Shown one piece after another: positions 20,370 through 29,846 of a stretch of 64,000 nucleotides of DNA; positions within the stretch are counted from its first letter, which is position 1, and every line of letters starts with the position of its first letter. This DNA is from Acidimicrobiia bacterium (GTDB lineage: Bacteria > Actinomycetota > Acidimicrobiia > Spongiisociales > ZC4RG35). The stretch lies in assembly GCA_965215185.1 (NCBI GenBank), contig OZ244034.1, positions 2,848,001 through 2,912,000 on the forward strand, written 5' to 3'. A model generated the notes under the pieces. It saw nothing but the letters and a program-made list of their open reading frames with translations, ran no database searches and was not told the origin of the DNA. Both the position numbers and the translations under genes were made by a program.

Positions 20370-21158
20370 ATGCTGGAAGTATCCAACCTGGAAGTCGTCT
20401 ACAACGATGTCGTTCTGGTGCTCAGGGGCATCTCCCTGGAAGCGCCGGACGGTTCGATCGTGGCGTTGCTGGGCGCCAACGGGGCAGGAAAGACCACCAC
20501 CGCCCGGGCAATCACCGGTTTGTTGGATGTCCATGAAGGAGATATCACCAAAGGTTCTGTCCGCTTCGAGGGAAAGGACATAACCCACACTCTGCCCTCG
20601 CAGAGGGTCCGGATGGGCATCAGTCAAGTGATGGAGGGCCGTCGCATCTTCGTAGAACTGACAGTGGATGAGAACTTGGCGGCCGGCGCCTACATAAGCC
20701 GCAACCGAAGCGCCACCCGCCAGGCCCGTGACCGGGTGATGGAGCTCTTTCCCGCTCTGGCCGACCGACGCAATCAGGTGGCGGGATACATGTCGGGAGG
20801 AGAACAGCAGATGCTGGCCATCGGCCGGGCGTTGATGCAATCTCCCAAACTGATGATCCTCGATGAGCCGTCCCTGGGGTTGGCGCCGTTACTGGTGCAA
20901 CGGATCGCCGAGATCATCGTGGAGATCAATCGTCAGGGAACGGCGGTGCTCCTGATCGAACAGAACGCTCACATGGCGCTCTCCATTGCCAATCATGGCT
21001 ATGTGATGGAAAACGGAAAGATGGTCATGGACGGCGCCGCCGAGAAACTCCAAGCCGACGAGGATGTGCAGGAGTTTTATCTCGGTTTGCATGGTGGCGA
21101 GCGAAAGTCGTTTAGGGATGTCAAGCATTACAAACGCCGAAAGCGGTGGCTGTCATGA
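20370..21158 (+). CDS. LIV-type ABC ATPase (LivF-like)
   Basis: GANGAGKT, MSGGEQQMLAIGRAL, LDEPSLGLAP and IEQN motifs. Confidence 0.93.
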   Translation: MLEVSNLEVVYNDVVLVLRGISLEAPDGSIVALLGANGAGKTTTARAITGLLDVHEGDITKGSVRFEGKDITHTLPSQRVRMGISQVMEGRRIFVELTVDENLAAGAYISRNRSATRQARDRVMELFPALADRRNQVAGYMSGGEQQMLAIGRALMQSPKLMILDEPSLGLAPLLVQRIAEIIVEINRQGTAVLLIEQNAHMALSIANHGYVMENGKMVMDGAAEKLQADEDVQEFYLGLHGGERKSFRDVKHYKRRKRWLS

Positions 21159-21964
21159 GTGAAACCAAAGGGGCGCCTCCCCTCTTGGAGGTCAGCGATA
21201 TCAGCCTTTCCTTTAAGGGACTAGTTGCCTTGCAAGATGTGTCGTTCCACGTCACAGAAGGGGAACTGTTCTCCATTATCGGTCCCAACGGAGCGGGAAA
21301 GACCTCGATCTTCAACTGCATAAACCAGGTCTACCGTCCTCAAGAAGGGTCGATTCTCTGGAAGGGCGAATCTCTGATGGGACTGAAGCCCAACCAGACC
21401 GCCGAGCGGGGCATTGCCCGTACTTTTCAGAACATCGAACTCTTCGCCCACATGACAGTGATGGAGAACATCCTGTCCGGTCGGCACATTCGCATGAGCC
21501 ACGGGTGGTTGGCTGGGGCGTTGTGGTGGGGTCGAGCCAGGCGAGAGGAACTTGAAAACCGTTTCAAGGTGGAGCAAATCATCGATTTTCTCGAGATTGA
21601 ACGGTGGAGGAAATATCCGGTGGGGCTACTTCCCTATGGAGTGCAGAAGCGGGTGGAGTTAGGCCGGGCTCTGGCCATGGACCCAGAGTTGCTGCTGCTT
21701 GACGAGCCGGTGGCGGGTATGAACCTGGAGGAGACCGAGGACATGGCCCGGTTCATCCTGGATATACAGGACGAGTTGGGAATCACCATGATTCTGGTGG
21801 AGCACGATATGGGTTTGGTGATGGATATCGCCGACCGGGTGATGGTCCTCGATTTCGGGCGCAAGATCGCGGAGGGGCTCCCGCGTGAGGTGCAAACCAA
21901 TGTCGAGGTGATCAAGGCCTACTTGGGCACAACGGGGGACGCACCGATGTCCCGTCTCGATTGA
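21155..21964 (+). CDS. LIV-type ABC ATPase (LivG-like)
   Basis: GPNGAGKT, ARTFQN, LPYG, LDEPVAG, VEHDM and AYLG motifs. Confidence 0.93.
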   Translation: MSETKGAPPLLEVSDISLSFKGLVALQDVSFHVTEGELFSIIGPNGAGKTSIFNCINQVYRPQEGSILWKGESLMGLKPNQTAERGIARTFQNIELFAHMTVMENILSGRHIRMSHGWLAGALWWGRARREELENRFKVEQIIDFLEIERWRKYPVGLLPYGVQKRVELGRALAMDPELLLLDEPVAGMNLEETEDMARFILDIQDELGITMILVEHDMGLVMDIADRVMVLDFGRKIAEGLPREVQTNVEVIKAYLGTTGDAPMSRLD

Positions 21965-21998
21965 ACCCGGCCCGGCGTCGACAGCCTCTGTCCACCAT

Positions 21999-22373
21999 GT
22001 GCGAGGGAGAACAGCGTTGATTGAAGAGCAGGTGGTGGGGGTTTTCGACGCCGACGGAGGGTGGATGGGAGAACTCCGATACGTGCTGGGGTTGGTTGTC
22101 GGCGGCAAGCATTGCTCACTGTGTGACATCACCCATGGTTACAACCCGTGGGGACGCAGAGAATGGAAGAGAGTCTGCGCAGATGCTCCCTTCGAAATCC
22201 GGATGATCCATCGGGATCGGGCGCATGTCTCCCAACGGGAAGCAGCAGGCGCCCTGCCGGCCGTCATTGCAGGAAACGGCGAAACTTGGCGATTGCTGGT
22301 TGGCTCAAGCGAACTGCAAGATTGCGCCGGTGACGCCGTTCAATTGATGGCTCTGATTCAAGACCGCCTGTAG
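21999..22373 (+). CDS. Conserved hypothetical protein with HCxLCDITH motif
   Basis: GVFDADGG..GEL.Y....HCSLCDITHG pattern recalled from actinobacterial hypotheticals; start uncertain. Confidence 0.6.
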   Translation: MRGRTALIEEQVVGVFDADGGWMGELRYVLGLVVGGKHCSLCDITHGYNPWGRREWKRVCADAPFEIRMIHRDRAHVSQREAAGALPAVIAGNGETWRLLVGSSELQDCAGDAVQLMALIQDRL

Positions 22374-22391
22374 AAAATCCCTAAGAGTTCC

Positions 22392-22991
22392 TTACTGGTT
22401 CCGGTTGGTAAGGCGCCAGGCGGCGGGGAGCAGCAGGCCAGCGGCGTAGGCCTTGATCGTGTCACCCAGCAGAAAGGGGACAACCCCCAACTCGACAGCG
22501 GTAACCAGATCCATGTCGGCGGCTGCCATCAGACCGACTACCCCGAAGATGTAAATGATCAGGCTTCCTGTCAGAAAGGCGGTCACCGCCGAAGGGACAC
22601 GACGGTCATGACGGCGCTCGGCCAGCTTACCCACCAAGGCGGCTGCCACCACGAACCCGAACAGGTAGCCACCGCTGGTTCCGAAAAGCACGTCGGTCCC
22701 CGACGCCCCGTTGGCATAAAACGGCATGAAGGTTCCCAGCAACAGGTACAGGATCTGACTGGCGCCCCCCGCCCACATGCCCAAAGCCGCTCCGGAGAGC
22801 AGCACCGCGAAGGTTTGGCCGGTAATGGGCACCGGGGTGAAGGGGAGCCTGATGGTGAACTGGGCAAAGAGAGCTGTCAACAGTGCAAACCCCGTCACCT
22901 GGATCACCCAGACCCCCGCCGTTGATATAGCGCCATACGACCGCGGAACCCGGGCTGCCAGTACTTCATGATGGGGGGTGAAAAAAGTCAT
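22392..22991 (-). CDS. bioY: Biotin transporter BioY
   Basis: PFTPVPITGQTFAVLL, SGGYLFGF and PFLLGDTIK motifs. Confidence 0.93.
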   Translation of the reverse strand: MTFFTPHHEVLAARVPRSYGAISTAGVWVIQVTGFALLTALFAQFTIRLPFTPVPITGQTFAVLLSGAALGMWAGGASQILYLLLGTFMPFYANGASGTDVLFGTSGGYLFGFVVAAALVGKLAERRHDRRVPSAVTAFLTGSLIIYIFGVVGLMAAADMDLVTAVELGVVPFLLGDTIKAYAAGLLLPAAWRLTNRNQ

Positions 22992-23017
22992 TTCCGCTCC
23001 TTGTCGAGATTGGTGTT

Positions 23018-23045
23018 TTGACCTGAACTTTGATAATCAGGTTAC
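23018..23045. promoter_or_regulatory. Putative BirA-like operator upstream of bioY
   Basis: TTGACC-N16-GGTTAC containing the inverted repeat ACCTGA...TCAGGT, 27-54 nt upstream of the bioY start. Confidence 0.45.
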
Positions 23046-23101
23046 CGGAGAATGCCCCGTCCCTTTGTGTCGGGAAGGGATATACGCTTGGGGGGAAAGT
23101 C

Positions 23102-24133
23102 ATGACCGGTCCTGTCTCTCCTGCTCCCCCTGCTACCCATCCCCGGTGGCTCTCCCTTCTATGGACGGTGATCGTTTTGGTGTTGGTGATCCCACTGGGC
23201 TGGATTATCAATCTTCCCTATTTTTCGGCCTCCGCCGGCCCCACCGGCGACGCGGTGGACGCGGTGATCGTGGAGGATGATTTCCCGGTGTTCCAGCCGG
23301 AAGGGGAACTGCTGCTTCTTACTGTTAGCTTGCAAACGGTGAATGTCTATGAGGCCGCGGTGGCCTTTTTCGACCGCAAGGTCGATCTGATCGAAAGAGA
23401 GTTGCTCCGTCCCCAGGGGGAGACCGACCAGCAGGCGCGCCAACGGGGCCTGCAGGCCATGGAGAGGTCCAAGGACATCGCGGTAGCAGTCGCCCTCAAC
23501 GAACTCGGATTGGAGGAGACTCTGGCCGAAGGAGTAGAAGTGGTAGGAGTTTTTGATGAATCACCGGCATTCGAGACGCTTTTGAATGGCGATCTGGTGG
23601 TAGAAATGGAGTCAGAGCCGATTCGCACCGTGGGTGACATTCGCCGGATACTGGAGAGCCGCCGACCGGGGGACCAGGTAGATGTGACGGTGATTCGCGG
23701 CGAAGAGATTCTCCCTCTCCGCCTGACGCTGCACGCCAACCCCGATGCTCCCGACCGGGCGATGGTGGGGATCAGCGCCTCCACTGCATATCCGATCAAG
23801 ATCGATTCAGCCAACTATGGCGGGCCATCTGCAGGGATGATCTACACCCTGGCGGTGATCGACCTCTTGGAAGAGGGAGACCTGACCAATGGAAGGGTGG
23901 TGGCCGGCACCGGTACCATCAGCATGGACGGGTCGGTGGGCGCCATCGGAGGTATTCGGCAGAAGCTGGTGGCTGCCGAGGCGGCCGGTGCCGATGTAGT
24001 GCTGGTTCCCAGAGACAACTACGATGAGGCCATCACCGCCCCGGTGGATGTGGAGATAGTGGCGGTCGAATCCATTTCGGAAGCGGTAAGTTATCTTCGG
24101 CAAGGTAAGACAGGGATAATCGAGACACCATGA
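23102..24133 (+). CDS. PDZ domain plus Lon-like S16 protease (YlbL/SepM family)
   Basis: N-terminal TM, LPYF...GP, PDZ region, GGPSAG (Ser), AGTGTI, GGIRQK (Lys). Confidence 0.9.
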   Translation: MTGPVSPAPPATHPRWLSLLWTVIVLVLVIPLGWIINLPYFSASAGPTGDAVDAVIVEDDFPVFQPEGELLLLTVSLQTVNVYEAAVAFFDRKVDLIERELLRPQGETDQQARQRGLQAMERSKDIAVAVALNELGLEETLAEGVEVVGVFDESPAFETLLNGDLVVEMESEPIRTVGDIRRILESRRPGDQVDVTVIRGEEILPLRLTLHANPDAPDRAMVGISASTAYPIKIDSANYGGPSAGMIYTLAVIDLLEEGDLTNGRVVAGTGTISMDGSVGAIGGIRQKLVAAEAAGADVVLVPRDNYDEAITAPVDVEIVAVESISEAVSYLRQGKTGIIETP

Positions 24134-25254
24134 ATTTTTCTTTCACTGAGGAACAAGAGGAGTTGCGCCGCTACACCCGGCAGTGGCTGGATGAGAACTG
24201 CCCGCTGGAGACCGTGCGCCACCTGATGGACACAGACCGAGGCTATGACTCCCGGCAGTGGGCAATGATCGCCGAAATGGGCTGGCAGGGTATGGCCATT
24301 CCATCACAATGGGGGGGAGCGGGTTTCAGCTTCCTGGAGTTGTTCGTGCTGCTGGAAGAGCAGGGACGGTCTCTGTTCTGCGCGCCGTTTTTCTCCACGG
24401 TGGTGATGGCCGCCACTGTTGTGGAGGAAGCCGGTGACGAACGGCAGAAGCAGGAGATACTGTCTGCCATCGCGGCGGGGAAATTGGTGGCGACAGTGGC
24501 TTTTACCGAGCCGAACGGACGCTGGGACGCCGATGGAATAACCGCCCAGGCCCAAGCCCGGGAGGGAGGAGGGTGGACATTGAACGGGACCAAGAGTTTT
24601 GTGCTGGACGGGCACATCGCCGATTTGCTGGTGGTGGCGGCCCGCACCGATCAAGGAGTTTCGCTGTTCCTGGTTCCGGCCGGGGTGGAAGGCCTGCACA
24701 GGAGTCGCTTGCAGACTATGGACCAGACTCGCAAACAGGCCGAGGTGGAGTTGGCGAATGTGGAATTGGGCGCCGATGCCCTGCTGGGTCCCGATGGGGG
24801 CGGATGGCCCGTTTTGGAGAGGATGATGGAGATGGCGGTAGTGGCGCTCTCCGCCGAGCAGGTAGGCGGTGCCCAGGCCTGCCTGGAGATGGCGGTTTCC
24901 TACGCCAAAGTCCGAAAGCAATTCGGCCGGCCCATCGGCTCCTTTCAGGCCATCAAACATAAGTGCGCCGACATGCTGGCCCAGGTGGAGGCGGCTCGGT
25001 CGGCGGCTTACTATGCAGGATGGGCCGTGAGCGAGGACAACGAAGAGCGGTCGCTGATGGCCGGTCTCGCTAAATCATATTGCTCCGAGGCCTACTTTTC
25101 TTGCACAGCCGAGAACATTCAGATCCATGGTGGGATCGGCTTTACCTGGGAGCACAACGCCCATCTGTACTTCAAGCGGGCGAAGAGCTCGGAGCTGCTA
25201 TTCGGCGACCCCTCTCTGCACCGGGAAAAGATCGCAATCCAACTGGGTCTCTAA
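24130..25254 (+). CDS. Acyl-CoA dehydrogenase (beta-subunit-like of heteromeric ACADs)
   Basis: AFTEP, LNGTK, RKQFGRPIGSFQAIKH and QIHGGIGFTWEH motifs. Confidence 0.9.
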   Translation: MNFSFTEEQEELRRYTRQWLDENCPLETVRHLMDTDRGYDSRQWAMIAEMGWQGMAIPSQWGGAGFSFLELFVLLEEQGRSLFCAPFFSTVVMAATVVEEAGDERQKQEILSAIAAGKLVATVAFTEPNGRWDADGITAQAQAREGGGWTLNGTKSFVLDGHIADLLVVAARTDQGVSLFLVPAGVEGLHRSRLQTMDQTRKQAEVELANVELGADALLGPDGGGWPVLERMMEMAVVALSAEQVGGAQACLEMAVSYAKVRKQFGRPIGSFQAIKHKCADMLAQVEAARSAAYYAGWAVSEDNEERSLMAGLAKSYCSEAYFSCTAENIQIHGGIGFTWEHNAHLYFKRAKSSELLFGDPSLHREKIAIQLGL

Positions 25255-25268
25255 TCGGCGGGGCGCAG

Positions 25269-25730
25269 ATGTCGGGGTTCACCGCTGTTGCCTTGGGTGG
25301 GTTTTTGGTTGGGGTATTCCTGTTCTTGGTGGCGATATTGATGTGGCAGGAGGCAAAGCGGCGACGGGGGAGAGGGGAGGTTATCTACGTCATCTCCGAT
25401 GCCCTGCAACACATACGAAGCAACCTGACCCCCCAGGTGTGGGAACGAGTAGGCGAGGCCGGGATACAACGCATCATCGAGTGGGAGATCTTCTACTTGC
25501 AGGGCCTTGCCCAGAAAAACCGCCGTTTGTCGGTGGAGACAGTTGCGGGTGGCTCGGAACCCTCCATCACCTACATATCCCGGCAGATTGCCAAGCGGCA
25601 CCGCATTGAGATACCCTCTGATGACATCCGCGCGGTTTTGGAATTGGAAGCCGAATACCTGCAATCCATCGGCGCGGTCGGGTCGAGGATCGACCCGGTG
25701 GCGCAGGTGACCGGAGAGGAGAAAGGCTAG
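25269..25730 (+). CDS. Hypothetical membrane-anchored protein
   Basis: N-terminal TM helix and C-terminal YLQSIGAVG; fits operon spacing. Confidence 0.6.
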   Translation: MSGFTAVALGGFLVGVFLFLVAILMWQEAKRRRGRGEVIYVISDALQHIRSNLTPQVWERVGEAGIQRIIEWEIFYLQGLAQKNRRLSVETVAGGSEPSITYISRQIAKRHRIEIPSDDIRAVLELEAEYLQSIGAVGSRIDPVAQVTGEEKG

Positions 25731-25735
25731 AACAA

Positions 25736-26062
25736 ATGAGAGTCAGATGCGGCGCTTGTCGCTCCATGGTCACTATCACCCGTCCCGGCCGTTTTTCGTG
25801 CCCGCAGTGTGGCGCTCTCAATCAGGTGAAGGGCCCGGCGCCCGGTCCAGGAGGCGGCCCGAGGCCCGGCCCACCAGACCGAGGCCCCGCCCCGGAGGGA
25901 TACCCAGGAGTCCATCGGACCGGACCCCCACCCGCCCCTGCTGAAGCTCCGTCTCCGCGGATTTCTTGTCCGCAGTGTCTATTCAGTTTCATTGTGGGTT
26001 CCGTCCAAACCGCCATTTGTCCCAACTGCCGGGCGGAAGTGCCCTTACCGGACAATTCTTGA
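25736..26062 (+). CDS. Small double zinc-ribbon protein with Pro/Gly-rich linker
   Basis: CGAC..CPQC, then a Pro-rich linker, then CPQC..CPNC; TGATG coupling to the next gene. Confidence 0.65.
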   Translation: MRVRCGACRSMVTITRPGRFSCPQCGALNQVKGPAPGPGGGPRPGPPDRGPAPEGYPGVHRTGPPPAPAEAPSPRISCPQCLFSFIVGSVQTAICPNCRAEVPLPDNS

Positions 26063-26982
26063 TGGAGTTGGGCGTTTCCCTAGTGGATCCCCGTCTGTCG
26101 TCTCGAAGACTTACCGAGATCGTGGTGAAGGCCGAGCAGCTTGGCTACCACGGGACATGGACCAACGAATCAATCGCCCGGGAGGCATTCTCTACTCTGG
26201 CGACCTGGGCGGCCGCCACCTCCCGGATCCGCTTGGCCACCGGGGTGCTCCCGGTCTATGTTCGTTCTCCGATGGCGGCGGCGATGGGCGCCGCCACCAT
26301 TGCTGCCCTGGCCGGACCGGCCCGCATGGTGCTGGGAATCGGCGCCGGACACCCGGTTATGGCCAGTCGCTACTTTGGATTTGACCTCTCCTCGCCTCTG
26401 GAGGCCGTTTCCGATTACCTGAAAATCATCGGTGGCCTTCGCCACGGAAAGAAGATCACCCACCATGGCAAGGTGTTTTCGGTGGAGGGCGCCCGGCTGG
26501 GTCTGCGCCCTGCCGGACCCCTGTTCACGGTGGTGGGCGCCATGGGACCGCGCATGTTGGATTTGGCGGCCCGGAATGCCGACGGAGTGCTTCTCAATTG
26601 GTCCTCGGCGCCCAACCTGCGGTCCACGGCCGAGGGTCTGCGCCAAAGCGACCGGGGCGCGTCGTTTTTTCATATTGCGGCCTATGTGCGGGTGGCGGTT
26701 TCATCGGACGCCGACGCGGCTCGACGGGCTCTCACTGCCGAATTGGGACAATATCTAAGGCTCCCGGCCTACCGGCGGCATGTGGAAAGCCAAGGGCTGG
26801 ATCCCGGAGATGTTTCTCATGCCGCCACCCACCTGGGGATAGCGGGGGATCCGGCGGAATGCCGAGCTGCGCTGGACGCCTATCGTTCTACAGGGCTGGA
26901 TGAACTGGTCATTCGACCGGTTCCGGTAGGAGATGACGGTATTGAGGCGGCGGTGGAGGCGATGGCTCCCGATCACATATAG
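26062..26982 (+). CDS. LLM class flavin/F420-dependent oxidoreductase
   Basis: AEQLGY, TSRIRLATGV, VLGIGAG, GAMGPRML and ADGVLLN motifs. Confidence 0.88.
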   Translation: MELGVSLVDPRLSSRRLTEIVVKAEQLGYHGTWTNESIAREAFSTLATWAAATSRIRLATGVLPVYVRSPMAAAMGAATIAALAGPARMVLGIGAGHPVMASRYFGFDLSSPLEAVSDYLKIIGGLRHGKKITHHGKVFSVEGARLGLRPAGPLFTVVGAMGPRMLDLAARNADGVLLNWSSAPNLRSTAEGLRQSDRGASFFHIAAYVRVAVSSDADAARRALTAELGQYLRLPAYRRHVESQGLDPGDVSHAATHLGIAGDPAECRAALDAYRSTGLDELVIRPVPVGDDGIEAAVEAMAPDHI

Positions 26983-27065
26983 AGACGCACAAACCAGATC
27001 GCTCCCGCCACCAGAATGGCCAGACCCACCGCGGCCGAGGCAATGATGAGATAGCGAGTGGGCAC
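26973..27065 (-). CDS. Unannotated 30-aa single-TM small protein
   Basis: (M)PTRYLIIASAAVGLAILVAGAIWFVRLYM*; TATCAT -10 exactly 7 nt before GTG (leaderless). Confidence 0.55.
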   Translation of the reverse strand: MPTRYLIIASAAVGLAILVAGAIWFVRLYM

Positions 27066-27127
27066 CCGGTTGATGATATGGGCGAAAGAGATAAAATCAA
27101 TGCCATGACCTACCCCAAACCAGTCAA

Positions 27128-28501
27128 GTGAGTGACTCCCTGTTCGATATCGTGATCCTGGGAGGGGGTCCAGGAGGGTATGCGACCGCCCTCTACGCCC
27201 GCAATTTTGGCCTCTCGGTGGCGCTGGTGGAGCAGGAGAAGCCGGGAGGTACCTGTCTGCTGCGTGGGTGCATCCCCGCCAAGCATTGGCTGCAGGTGGC
27301 CGAGGTGTTCTCTACCGTGAAGAACGCCAAGGATTTCGGGGTGCTGACCTCCCCGCCGGAGCTGGACTGGTCGGCGGCTCTGGCCCGCAAGGACCGAGTG
27401 GTCAACCAGTTGGTGACAGGGCTCGGGGGCCTACTCCGCAAACGGGGAGTGCAGGTCGTCTCTGGTCGGGGGCGGATCGCGGGGGCGGGAAGCGTGGAGG
27501 TGGAGGGAGGCGAGACCTTGCGGGGACGAACGGTGGTGGTGGCCACCGGATCGAATGCCCGGACCATCCCCGGATGGGAAATCGACGGGGAGCGGATCGT
27601 CACCTCCGATCATGCGGTGAACTGGTCCTCCCGTCCCGACCGGGTAGCAATTATCGGAGGTGGGGTGATCGGCTGTGAGTTCGCGTCACTGCTGGTGGAT
27701 CTGGGATCGCAGGTGCATGTCTTCGAATTGGAGAAACAACTCATCCCAGGAGGGGACACCGACGCCTCCCGCCAATTGTTGCGCCAACTCTCCAGGCGCG
27801 GCGTGGAGTTCTACCTGAAAACAGGGGTGGGGCCAGCGGAACTCACCGCTAATGGAGTTGAAGTCCCTTATCGCGGAAAGAGTGTGGAAGTTGATGTGGC
27901 CTTGGTGGCGGTGGGCAGGGGACCCAACACCGAGGGTATCGGACTGGAGTCGGTGCAGGCCGAGGTGGAGCGGGGGTACATAGCGGTGAACCGACACACC
28001 ATGGAGACTGCCGAGCCCGGTTTGTTCGCGGTGGGTGACATCGTGGCTGGCACACCCCAACTGGCTCACGCCGCTTTCGCGGAGGGCATCGCGGCGGCCA
28101 CCTACATTGCCACCGGGGCATCCGCACCGGTTGACTACCGGGTAATCCCCCGGGTCACCTACACCCATCCGGAGGTGGCGGAAGTGGGAATCAGCGAAGC
28201 CGAGGCAAAGGCCCAGGGAATGGAGGTTGAAATCACCAAGCATCCGTTCGGCGGGGTGGGAAGGGCTCTGATCATTGGACAAAGTCAGGGCCTGGTGAAG
28301 GTCATTGCCGAGAAGGACGGACCTCTGGTGGGGGCGGCCGTGGTGGGACCCCAGGCCGGAGAGATGATCCATGAACTTATGTATATGGTGGGCTGGGAGG
28401 CGCTGCCGGATGAGGCCGCTGCCTTTATTCACGCCCACCCCACCCTGTCGGAGGCGGTGGGAGAGACATTGTTGTCAGCGTCGGGCCGTAGCCTGCACTG
28501 A
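27128..28501 (+). CDS. lpdA: Dihydrolipoyl dehydrogenase
   Basis: GGGPGGY, GGTCLLRGCIP, GGGVIG and HAHPTLSE motifs. Confidence 0.95.
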   Translation: MSDSLFDIVILGGGPGGYATALYARNFGLSVALVEQEKPGGTCLLRGCIPAKHWLQVAEVFSTVKNAKDFGVLTSPPELDWSAALARKDRVVNQLVTGLGGLLRKRGVQVVSGRGRIAGAGSVEVEGGETLRGRTVVVATGSNARTIPGWEIDGERIVTSDHAVNWSSRPDRVAIIGGGVIGCEFASLLVDLGSQVHVFELEKQLIPGGDTDASRQLLRQLSRRGVEFYLKTGVGPAELTANGVEVPYRGKSVEVDVALVAVGRGPNTEGIGLESVQAEVERGYIAVNRHTMETAEPGLFAVGDIVAGTPQLAHAAFAEGIAAATYIATGASAPVDYRVIPRVTYTHPEVAEVGISEAEAKAQGMEVEITKHPFGGVGRALIIGQSQGLVKVIAEKDGPLVGAAVVGPQAGEMIHELMYMVGWEALPDEAAAFIHAHPTLSEAVGETLLSASGRSLH

Positions 28502-28517
28502 CCAGAAGGAGGACTTG

Positions 28518-29846
28518 ATGACCACCACTATCCCCATGCCCCAATTGGGTGAGACAATCACCGAAGGAACCATCTTGCGGTGGGCCAAAGAGGTGGGAGA
28601 TTCCATCGCACGGGGCGAAGTGGTGCTGGAGATATCCACCGACAAAGTGGACACCGAGATTCCCTCTCCGGTGTCGGGGGTGATGGTGGAGATACTGGTG
28701 GAAGAGGGCGAGACAGTGCAGGTGGGAACAGAACTGTGCGTGGTGACAGATCCGACCGGTGCGGTTGCAGAAGAGGCGCCTACCCCGGAAGCGGCTGCTC
28801 AGCCTTCCCAACCCCTCGAGGAACGCGAGCCACCCTCGATGGCGCCCACTGCCGAACCCCTCTCTCCGGTTCACCCAGTTGCAGCGCCGGCCCGATCCCG
28901 ACGAATGTCTCCGGTGGTGCGCCGCCTGGTGCGCCAACACGGGGTGGACATAAACCTGATAGAGGGCACCGGGGAAGGCGGCAGAGTCACTCGTCGGGAT
29001 GTGGAAGCCTATTTGGGGGCCGAGCCCAAGTCCGCTCCCAGCCCCCAGATTCCCCCAGCCCCCGTCGTGGCGCCCACGGCTGCGAGGGCGCCGGTGGCTT
29101 CTCCGGTCACACCGGTGCGAGATGTCACCGAGGAGAAGGTGGATCTGAACCGCCTCAGGGTGCGGATCGGCGAAAACATGATCCGTTCCCGCCAGACCGC
29201 CGCCCATGTGTGGAGTGCGGTGGAAGTGGACTATGAACCCATTGCCGAAGTGCGGTCCGCCCACCGGGAGCGTTTCAAGCAAGCTGAGGGGTTCTCGCTT
29301 ACCTATCTGCCGTTTGTGTGCCGGGCAACCATCGATGCGCTACGGGCGTTTCCAGTGGTGAACAGCTCCTTTTATCTGGAAGAGCGCAAGGCGGTCTTCC
29401 ATAACCGGGTCCATCTGGGAATCGCGGTCGATCTCGATCAGCAGGGTCTGGTGGTGGTGACCATCAAGAATGCCGACGATCTGCGCTTGCGTGGACTGGC
29501 TCGCAATATCCGACAACTGGCCACCGCGGCCCGCAACCGTCAACTCGGACCGGATCAATTGAGCGGTTCCACCTTCACCCTGACCAATCCGGGGCCTTAC
29601 GGCTCCTACATGTCGGCGCCGATCATCAACATTCCCAACGTGGCGATACTCTCCACCGATACTGTGGCCAAACGGCCGGTGGTGGTCACCACCGCAGACG
29701 GCCGTGACGCCTTGGCCATCCGCCATACGGGTTTCTTGGGGTTCTCGTGGGATCACCGCGCATTCGACGGCTCCACCGCAGTGCTCTTTTTGCAGCGCAT
29801 CAAGCGCAATCTGGAGACGTGGGACTGGGAGCAGGAGTTGAAATGA
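28518..29846 (+). CDS. 2-oxo-acid dehydrogenase E2 dihydrolipoamide acyltransferase (DlaT/SucB-like)
   Basis: Lipoyl domain STDKVDTEIPSP, E3-binding SPVVRRL...GTG.GGRVT, catalytic WDHRAFDG. Confidence 0.93.
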   Translation: MTTTIPMPQLGETITEGTILRWAKEVGDSIARGEVVLEISTDKVDTEIPSPVSGVMVEILVEEGETVQVGTELCVVTDPTGAVAEEAPTPEAAAQPSQPLEEREPPSMAPTAEPLSPVHPVAAPARSRRMSPVVRRLVRQHGVDINLIEGTGEGGRVTRRDVEAYLGAEPKSAPSPQIPPAPVVAPTAARAPVASPVTPVRDVTEEKVDLNRLRVRIGENMIRSRQTAAHVWSAVEVDYEPIAEVRSAHRERFKQAEGFSLTYLPFVCRATIDALRAFPVVNSSFYLEERKAVFHNRVHLGIAVDLDQQGLVVVTIKNADDLRLRGLARNIRQLATAARNRQLGPDQLSGSTFTLTNPGPYGSYMSAPIINIPNVAILSTDTVAKRPVVVTTADGRDALAIRHTGFLGFSWDHRAFDGSTAVLFLQRIKRNLETWDWEQELK

